In this document: positions 36,219-42,718 of the stretch, piece after piece
How positions within the stretch are numbered: the stretch's first letter is position 1
Layout of the letters: each line of letters begins with the position of its first letter
Source of the DNA: Eubacteriales bacterium
GTDB taxonomy: Bacteria > Bacillota > Clostridia > Oscillospirales > CAG-272
DNA length: 42,718 bases
Assembly: GCA_045603205.1 (NCBI GenBank)
Contig: JAZULS010000086.1
Coordinates: 1-42,718, forward strand
Direction of reading: 5' to 3'
The notes under the pieces: model-generated
Databases searched by the model: none
What the model was told of the DNA's origin: nothing
The model's input: the letters and a program-made list of their open reading frames with translations, nothing else
Made by a program: the position numbers and the translations under genes

Positions 36219-39047
36219 TTACGCGAACTTCTTGTGGAAGTTTGTGATCATAGTAGCAGTCTCGGCTCTGGTTGCCTTATCCTGAGGTGCAAGATATGTC
36301 TGACCGTTCTTTGCCTTACCGTTGATGATGCCTGCAGCGTTTGCCCATGCGATGGCTTCTCTAAGGTCACCGTAGGTGCTGATAGTACCTTCATCGGGGA
36401 AGGTGCTGAGGTCTGCGCCTGCTTCCATTTCAAGTCCCTTATAATTCTTAAGGTATCTGTAAAGGAACGCCGCTACCTGCTCTCTTGTTACGTATCCGTT
36501 AGGATTAAACTTTGTAGCACTTGTTCCGGATGCGATTCCGTTCTCGTTTGCCCAGATTACTGCCTTTGCAAACCAATCCTTAGCCTTTACGTCTGTGAAG
36601 GTGGACTTGTACTCTACTTCAGGGCTGCCCTCGAGAGCGTACAGAAGCTGTACGATCATTGCACGGGTTGTCTTGGTGTTAGGCTCAAAGGTGGTCTTTG
36701 TGGAGTTTGTTCCGCTCATAAGGCCTGCCGCTCTTGCGTACTCAACAGAGTCGGTATACCATGTATCGGATACGTCAACAAAGCCGGGATTTTCCTTTGC
36801 TATCTTGTATGCAAGCTTTACGTCATCCTCGTCCATGATACCCTCGTAGAGAGCTACCTTGTTGATCTTGGTACCTGTCTGTACGGGAGCCATTTCTCCG
36901 TCCTTAGGAGTAGAGTAGTCCATAGATCCTACACCAAAGAGGATTCTTTCGCCCTTTACTGCTTCATCCTCTGCTTCAGGATCGTCACTGGCCTCGGAGT
37001 AAGAGGTTACAAGTCCGCCTTGACACTTATTATTGGAAAGGATCTTCTGGTCCTTACCCTCTGCATTAAGGTAAAGTGTGGTGGTAATACCGTCGTATAC
37101 TACTACAGCATGATACCAAACGTTGCTCTGTACGGGAGCTGTAATAATAGTTCTGCCTGCCTCATCACTCTTGCGGCTGAGATACTGAGCGTAAACGACG
37201 AGGTTTCCGCCTTCCACCTTAAGACCGAAACGTGCACCGGTCCAAGCACCGCAGATCGCCTGCTCCCAAACTGTATTGGAAAGACAGAAATATGCCTCGA
37301 TAGTATAACCGTTCCGGATTCTTCTGTAATCCGTACTAGTGAAATCGTAGCTGATACCGGTTGTGCCGAACTTAGTGTAGTTCATCACCTTCTGACCGAT
37401 GGTGGCATCATCTTCTATCTTGGAGAGAACGTTGGTGTCAAGGATCATCTTGTGGCCCTGACCGTCCTTCTTGTTTCCATAGGAGAAGTCGATGTCAAAT
37501 ACAGGCTTTGCGGGGTAAGCGGGTGTGCCGTGGCCAACGTTTATAGTGCCGCTGTACACGATCGGCTCACTCTTTACGCCGTATCCGTTAGTAGCCCAGA
37601 TCGTAAGGGTATAATCGGTATCCCAACCAAGGTTGTTGACCTTTACCGAAAAGGGAGTGCCGTCCTTGGAACTATGGCGGTAGTTAGGAACCTTAACGTA
37701 AGGATATTTCGTAGCGCTGTCGCTTCCGTTGGTTACAATGTTACCGTTTGCATCCTTAAGCTCAATGAAATAGAAGTCAATGGAATCCTTCGCGCTGCTT
37801 GTAGCGGGAGTTGCTTCGGGGAAGGTGATCACAACAGAGGAGTTGTTGCCAAGGTCCTCTACCGTGATCTGAGAAGCCGCATCCGCGGGGAAGGAGGGAG
37901 CCTGACAATCCTCAGAATATGTACCTGCCTTGTTTGCGGAGGTGTTGTAGTAATCTACGTCGTCAGGGTCAACGGTGAACACTTCGTCAAAGATGTATTC
38001 ACCCTTCGCAATATCGAGAGCGCGAAGCTGAGCAGTACCGTCTGCCATTACGTCAACGAGAACTGCAGAGCAGTTAAGGTCATTGTCGTAATCCTTAACC
38101 GGGTCTTCTCTAACACCTGTGGTAGCATTGATGTTACCTTTCTGGTCACCGTAGTTGTTGCCGAGAGAGCCGGCACGAACCTGTGTAAATCCGTTGTTGT
38201 TCTGGATAATGAACTCACCCACGTCATTGATCCATGTGTGGCTGTGTCCGGTGAAGATAATGGTGCTTGGGTGGTCACGGAACTCCTGAAGGATCTCGTT
38301 AGGATAATATTCGTTTCTGTCCTTGTCACCGCTGATGATCTTGGCTACGTCCTTAGAGGGAGTTCTGTGGTGAGCGATAACGAGGATGGGTCCTGTATGT
38401 CCCTTAGCATCGATCTCTGCATAAGCCTGCTGAACGAAAGCAATTCTTCCGTCGTAGTTATTACCGATCTCTCTGGACTCGTCCTGTGTGGGACCGCGCT
38501 CCGGATAGGGGCTGAGAGCGATAACGGGTGTGCCGTTTATCCAGTAAAGAGCGCATGCGTCCATACCGGTGTTGCGCTTAAAGTCCTCGGGGCCAACCTC
38601 ATTATTATTAGTAGAGTGACCAAAGTCATGGTTACCCATGGAAAGAATGGTAGCTCCTACCTTGTTACCGGTTGCGTTGGGGTTAGCAAAGGTGTTTGCA
38701 GACGTATTCTTATTGATGTTCTCCATGAGAGGTGCATACTCAGCGTCTGTGCCGTAGTGAGTAAGGTCACCGGCGATCATCAGCGCGTCAACGCCACCGA
38801 TCTTCTCAGATGCATCGTATGTAGCCTGAAGCTTGTTGTAGGAATTGTAGTGGTCCATGTGGATGTCCGCACCGATAACGAAACGGGCAAGCACGTCGCT
38901 TCCCTTCTCTACGGAAGACCAATCAGACTTAGTAGGTCTCCATACCTTGGTTCCGTCCGGATTCTCGTCAAAGTCTGCACTTACGAACATTGCAAGTGTA
39001 GAAATGATCATCACGAACGCAAGAAGCAGGGATAAAAACTTTTTCAT
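36219..39047 (-). CDS. Surface calcineurin-like metallophosphoesterase with Fn3-like, LamG-like and three C-terminal SLH domains
   Basis: Signal peptide; ADIH, AGDLT, GNHD, IAHH, GHSH; YTLTIWATNGYG (Fn3); WYHAVVVYDG..TTLYLN (LamG); FVDV..TRA, FTDV..TREQ, FPD..ATRAE (SLH). AAGGAG favours the ATG at 39047. Confidence 0.9.
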   Translation of the reverse strand: MKKFLSLLLAFVMIISTLAMFVSADFDENPDGTKVWRPTKSDWSSVEKGSDVLARFVIGADIHMDHYNSYNKLQATYDASEKIGGVDALMIAGDLTHYGTDAEYAPLMENINKNTSANTFANPNATGNKVGATILSMGNHDFGHSTNNNEVGPEDFKRNTGMDACALYWINGTPVIALSPYPERGPTQDESREIGNNYDGRIAFVQQAYAEIDAKGHTGPILVIAHHRTPSKDVAKIISGDKDRNEYYPNEILQEFRDHPSTIIFTGHSHTWINDVGEFIIQNNNGFTQVRAGSLGNNYGDQKGNINATTGVREDPVKDYDNDLNCSAVLVDVMADGTAQLRALDIAKGEYIFDEVFTVDPDDVDYYNTSANKAGTYSEDCQAPSFPADAASQITVEDLGNNSSVVITFPEATPATSSAKDSIDFYFIELKDANGNIVTNGSDSATKYPYVKVPNYRHSSKDGTPFSVKVNNLGWDTDYTLTIWATNGYGVKSEPIVYSGTINVGHGTPAYPAKPVFDIDFSYGNKKDGQGHKMILDTNVLSKIEDDATIGQKVMNYTKFGTTGISYDFTSTDYRRIRNGYTIEAYFCLSNTVWEQAICGAWTGARFGLKVEGGNLVVYAQYLSRKSDEAGRTIITAPVQSNVWYHAVVVYDGITTTLYLNAEGKDQKILSNNKCQGGLVTSYSEASDDPEAEDEAVKGERILFGVGSMDYSTPKDGEMAPVQTGTKINKVALYEGIMDEDDVKLAYKIAKENPGFVDVSDTWYTDSVEYARAAGLMSGTNSTKTTFEPNTKTTRAMIVQLLYALEGSPEVEYKSTFTDVKAKDWFAKAVIWANENGIASGTSATKFNPNGYVTREQVAAFLYRYLKNYKGLEMEAGADLSTFPDEGTISTYGDLREAIAWANAAGIINGKAKNGQTYLAPQDKATRAETATMITNFHKKFA

Positions 39048-39105
39048 AACGTTCTCCTTGTGAAAATAAAATTGTTGTATTTGCCACGCAAATATCACTG
39101 TAGTC

Positions 39106-39134
39106 ATTATAACAAAAAAACTAACAATTGTCAA
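39106..39134 (-). promoter_or_regulatory. Consensus sigmaA promoter
   Basis: Exact TTGACA-17 bp-TATAAT with extended -10 TG. It lies inside the ORF-track 5' extension, which supports the start at 39047. Confidence 0.85.
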
Positions 39135-39146
39135 GAAAAACAATAG

Positions 39147-39181
39147 AAGGCGAAGCATTTTATCCAAAAAAACTTCGCCTT
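39147..39181 (-). terminator. Probable terminator after mltG
   Basis: AAGGCGAAG...CTTCGCCTT stem with a large loop. Confidence 0.55.
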
Positions 39182-39191
39182 TTATCATAAT

Positions 39192-40805
39192 TTATTCGTT
39201 GGTCGAGGCGTTGTTTTCCCTCTGCTGAAGGATCTGATTTATCGCCGCGTTGTGCTGGTCGAGCGTCTCGCTGAAGATAGTTTCCGTATCGGAAGATACG
39301 AAATAGTGATAATTGGTTGTTGTGGGATTCAGCGCCGACAGGATCGCACTGTTACTGGGGTTTGCGATAGGTCCGGGCACGAGTCCCTTTTCCTTGTAAG
39401 AGTTGTAAGGGGAGTCGTTATTGTCAATATCCTCACCCGTTAAATCAGGACGAACGCCCGTCTCATGCTGAATTGCATATGCTATGGTTGCGTCACTCTC
39501 GAGATAGGGATAGTTGGCAGGATCCTTGAGTCTGTTGTGGAAAACGGAGGAGATATTTCCGTACTCTGCCGCGCTTCCTCCCTCCTTCTCGATAAGGGAA
39601 GCAAGAATGAGGATCTCATCCACCGTAAAGCCGAGTTCCTTCGCACGTTCCGCGTAGCTTTCAACGAAAACCTGCTCGAAACGCTTGAGAAGCTTGTTTA
39701 CAACGGTCTCTTCGCTGGAGGCATTGTAGAACTGATAAGTATCGGGGAACAAATATCCGTCCAGGCGGTATATTCTGCCATCCTTGTCCCAGTCTTCTCC
39801 AAGCTCATCCACGAACCAATAGTCGAACTCATGGTTGTTGATGACTTCAACGTATTTTTCACGAGTTCCTATGCCCGTTTCAACGAGAAGATCGATGATC
39901 TCGTCGGTCGTAAAGCCCTCGGGAATGGTTACCCAAGAAATTCCGCTCGGCGGCTTAACTCTAAGTGCTTCAAGCAGATCGTCGTAGCTTGTCATGGGGG
40001 TAAGGGTGTGCTTTCCCGCAACGAATTCACCCGAGAAATCACCCTCTTTTGCGAGGAAGAGCCACTGGTAGTTGATGATCTTGTTATCGTGGAGAATTTC
40101 AGCCACCTGCTCAACGGTTGCGTTCTCGGGAATGGTGATTTCGACTAACTTATCCGACTTTACGAAGCCGTAGATATCGTTTGCGCCAAGGATAACCGCC
40201 GCTGAAATGATGATAGACACCACAAGGACAACGGTGATATATGCCATGCACTTTACAAGGCTGACAACGGTGTTTCCACCCTCGCCATATCCCGACTTGT
40301 CACGATGCTTCTTTTCTTTTTTAGCTTTTTTCTCTTCGGAAGTTTCCGGTTTCTTTGCCGCATCCATCTTACGGGTAGCATCGGTATCCCCCGACGGTGT
40401 AACAACGTCGTTGACGCGTGTAGCGTCGGTATCCGCGGGAGCGGAGGACGTTACGCTGTTGATTCTCGTGGCGTCATCAATAGGTCTCTGCACACGACGG
40501 GGAGACTGACCTGCAGGCACTCCCTCCACTCTCGGTCTCTCGGTACCACCGAGGTTTGCTCTCTCTACTCTCATCTGCGGATTCTGAGGCTGTCTCGAAG
40601 TCCCACCGTTCTGGGGAGCTCTTGCAAACGTTCCGTTTTGGGGAGATGCAGGACGGTTCTGTATAGGACGGCTTTGAGCAGGTGTCTGTTGGACCCTCTG
40701 CTGAGGAGGTGTACCTGTGGGACGTCTCTGAGGATTATTCGTCGGATTTTGGGAGGCTTCGCGAAGTCTTGCTTCACGGATATCTCCGTTATTTTTGTTA
40801 TCCAT
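39192..40805 (-). CDS. mltG: Endolytic transglycosylase MltG with a long disordered N-terminus
   Basis: Single TM, VTIPEG, L.GYLFPDTY, LASLIEKE, ISSVFHNRL, SPYNSY...GL.PGPIANP; GGAG favours the ATG at 40805. Confidence 0.93.
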   Translation of the reverse strand: MDNKNNGDIREARLREASQNPTNNPQRRPTGTPPQQRVQQTPAQSRPIQNRPASPQNGTFARAPQNGGTSRQPQNPQMRVERANLGGTERPRVEGVPAGQSPRRVQRPIDDATRINSVTSSAPADTDATRVNDVVTPSGDTDATRKMDAAKKPETSEEKKAKKEKKHRDKSGYGEGGNTVVSLVKCMAYITVVLVVSIIISAAVILGANDIYGFVKSDKLVEITIPENATVEQVAEILHDNKIINYQWLFLAKEGDFSGEFVAGKHTLTPMTSYDDLLEALRVKPPSGISWVTIPEGFTTDEIIDLLVETGIGTREKYVEVINNHEFDYWFVDELGEDWDKDGRIYRLDGYLFPDTYQFYNASSEETVVNKLLKRFEQVFVESYAERAKELGFTVDEILILASLIEKEGGSAAEYGNISSVFHNRLKDPANYPYLESDATIAYAIQHETGVRPDLTGEDIDNNDSPYNSYKEKGLVPGPIANPSNSAILSALNPTTTNYHYFVSSDTETIFSETLDQHNAAINQILQQRENNASTNE

Positions 40806-40832
40806 ATTTATCTCCAATTCTGTCTTTTAGGC

Positions 40833-41753
40833 TTAAACAAGAAAGACGGTTATTATTATGTAGATCACCGCCAAGAAAAGGAAGGACGGTGAAAACAGTG
40901 ACTTGGTCATGGATGAAAAGAATCTGCTTTTTTTCCTCGGCAGGTAGTCCGAAGGAGCATTTTCCGCGGCGTACCCTTTATAAACAGCGGCACACTCAAA
41001 GGAAAGGAAAGCAGCTGAAAGAAGGGCTACAAGCGCTAAGATTATCACAAAAAGCACAGCGCTGATATTCTGCTTTTCCGCAAGGTAAAGAATGTAATTT
41101 TCAAAGAAAAGCACGATCACATTGTACACTGTATGGACAAGCATTGCAGCCGTAACGGACTTAGTCGCGTATGTCACCACTGAAAGGATTACTCCGCAAA
41201 AGAAGTAGGAGGGCAGTCGGTACACGCTGAAGTGGCACATTGCGAACATCAAAGAGCTCATTACCACAGCGCAAGGGATGTTAAGACTTGTATATTCTGT
41301 AAGCACAACCCCACGGAAGAGGAATTCTTCAATTATTGCAGGAAGAAGCGCAAAGGCGAGAACAAGGTACAGTCCGTCGAACACTCCCGAATTCATAGCG
41401 AAGGCAGCATATTCCGAAGCCGAGGACGCCGCCATCTCCGCAGGAGCTATCATGCTCATGAAATAGTCGATAGTTCCGCTGCCACAGACCATGAGGACCA
41501 CCGCCGCCAGCATAAGAAGTATGGTCTGAGGGGAGGGCAGCCTGAGTCTGAGGGAAGAAGTATAGCCTGTACCCTTAAGAGTGCAGAAAATAAGGGTGGG
41601 AGTAGCAAAAACGATAAGCTGAATTATAACTACGGACAGATAGGGGTTGTCATTCATACCGAAAATTTCGGGAGGAAGCAGATTGAACACCGCAGTCAGT
41701 CCGAAGACCGCAATAAGGAGTATGGGGGTCAAAACGGTTGGTTTATTCTTCAT
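40833..41753 (-). CDS. CPBP (CAAX/Abi) family intramembrane glutamic endopeptidase
   Basis: PAIIEEFLFRG, FAMCH, HTVYN and multiple TMs. Confidence 0.9.
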   Translation of the reverse strand: MKNKPTVLTPILLIAVFGLTAVFNLLPPEIFGMNDNPYLSVVIIQLIVFATPTLIFCTLKGTGYTSSLRLRLPSPQTILLMLAAVVLMVCGSGTIDYFMSMIAPAEMAASSASEYAAFAMNSGVFDGLYLVLAFALLPAIIEEFLFRGVVLTEYTSLNIPCAVVMSSLMFAMCHFSVYRLPSYFFCGVILSVVTYATKSVTAAMLVHTVYNVIVLFFENYILYLAEKQNISAVLFVIILALVALLSAAFLSFECAAVYKGYAAENAPSDYLPRKKSRFFSSMTKSLFSPSFLFLAVIYIIITVFLV

Positions 41754-41789
41754 AGGTTTATTTTGCCTTTCATCAGAGCGTGGGGCATT

Positions 41790-42377
41790 TTACTTTTTGA
41801 CGCTTTTTACCCCGTTTTCGGTCAAAAGAATGTCACAGGACACGTCGTATCTTCCTCTTGGGACTGTGGGGACTATATAGTCGCTGTAGATCACGCCGAT
41901 CTTGCTTCCCGAAAAGTCGGAAAGGTATCTGTCGTAGAAGCCCTTGCCGTAACCAAGTCTGAATCCCTGCTTATCGTAGAGAAGTCCGGGAACGAAGCAC
42001 ACAGCACTTCCCTTTTCCTCTGTCGGATCGTAAACGGGGGCGTCGGGAGAAGGCTCTCTGATACCGTAGGAATCTACAGTCAGCTCCTCAAGGGAGGAAA
42101 CGATGTGATATTTCATTGTGTGAGTGGTCTTGTCGCAACGAGGGAAGGCTACTTTTTTGCCATTCTCCCACGCAAGATTAGCGAGGGGAGTAACTTCGAT
42201 CTCGTTAGCCGTTTCGGCGTAAAGAAGCACGAACTCCGCATATTTGAAGCTGACAAGCCCTGCGGCGTATTTACATATACTCTCGTCACGGTGCTTTTTG
42301 ACTTCCTCGTCCATCTGAGCGCGATGAGCCAGGTAGGTCTCTCTGAGTTCGTCCTTTTCTCTTTTTATAGAGTTCAT
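41790..42377 (-). CDS. 5-formyltetrahydrofolate cyclo-ligase
   Basis: K.ELR, YGIREP, VPGL.YD..GFRLGYGKGFYDRYL, YDV..D..LTE. Confidence 0.93.
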   Translation of the reverse strand: MNSIKREKDELRETYLAHRAQMDEEVKKHRDESICKYAAGLVSFKYAEFVLLYAETANEIEVTPLANLAWENGKKVAFPRCDKTTHTMKYHIVSSLEELTVDSYGIREPSPDAPVYDPTEEKGSAVCFVPGLLYDKQGFRLGYGKGFYDRYLSDFSGSKIGVIYSDYIVPTVPRGRYDVSCDILLTENGVKSVKK

Positions 42378-42425
42378 AATAAGTCTCCTCTCTTATGGGT
42401 AACGTTGAGCTTTGGGGAATAAAGC

Positions 42426-42718
42426 TCAGTCTTTTACGGCACGGATAGTGTTCTCAAGAGCCACTCTTGCCTCTGCCCCGCGAAGTCTTTCAACTATCTC
42501 AAGTGCAAAGGGGAGCGCCGTGCCCATGCATTTTGACGTAATGAATCTGCCGTCTGTAACGACATCGCAACCTTCTGCGATAGCGGCACCCCTCAGAGTT
42601 TCCTCAAAGCCGGGATAGCAAACTGCACGTCTGCCCTCAAGATATCCACGCTTGCCAAGGATCATAGGTGCGGCACAGATAGCGGCAACATATCCACCGC
42701 CCTCCAGGGCGGCTTTTA
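42426..42718 (-). CDS. DJ-1/PfpI/ThiJ family protein, 3' part; starts beyond the window end
   Basis: YVAAICAAPMILG..GYL.GRRAVCYPGFE...VVTDGRFITS...GTA..FAL.IVE.L.G. Confidence 0.92.
   Translation of the reverse strand, partial: KAALEGGGYVAAICAAPMILGKRGYLEGRRAVCYPGFEETLRGAAIAEGCDVVTDGRFITSKCMGTALPFALEIVERLRGAEARVALENTIRAVKD

Noticed and set aside
36186-39035. 949-aa plus-strand ORF as a real gene
   Set aside because: It is the exact antisense register of a motif-rich SLH phosphoesterase, has no recognisable domain or RBS, and starts inside a terminator. Codon bias explains it.
39048-39188. ORF-track N-terminal extensions (also 28420..28527 and 30787..30831)
   Set aside because: They overlap promoter, terminator or operator elements, and better RBS-supported starts lie downstream.
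41232-42422. 396-aa plus-strand ORF spanning two genes
   Set aside because: The CPBP and cyclo-ligase genes happen to share a register, so their antisense shadows join; no motifs.
1-42718. Alternative genetic code (Arg codon or stop reassignment)
   Set aside because: CGA (rnhA NRME), CGG (gatB MRxK), AGG (typA GRI) and CGC occur at conserved Arg sites, and TGA/TAA end conserved genes at the expected positions.

Overview
Chromosomal window from a moderate-GC Clostridia (Bacillota) bacterium, probably Oscillospirales-like (SLH proteins, sigmaA-type promoters, standard genetic code). Core genes: partial fucI, fba, typA-serS, a division/cell-wall cluster (mraZ-rsmH-ftsL-PBP-murE-murF-mraY-ftsW-murG-ftsQ-ftsZ, with no murD or ftsA), an nfo-gatC-gatA-gatB operon, a yihY-family gene, and a DJ-1 / 5-formyl-THF cyclo-ligase / CPBP / mltG run. 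There are also three large modular secreted or surface proteins and two AT-richer insertions. Best candidates for novelty: (1) a single-ORF MutT-type Nudix + RNase HI fusion; (2) an AT-rich two-gene cassette encoding a secreted PPC + caspase-fold (His-Gly...Cys) protein and a PepSY/YcdB-like partner, with a possible leader peptide; (3) a trypsin-like lipoprotein protease fused to a degenerate parvulin domain; (4) divisome proteins with long charged or disordered N-terminal tails and a non-canonical FtsZ C-terminus. I found no rRNA, tRNA, CRISPR array or transposase. All calls rest on motifs recognised by eye; no database searches were run.
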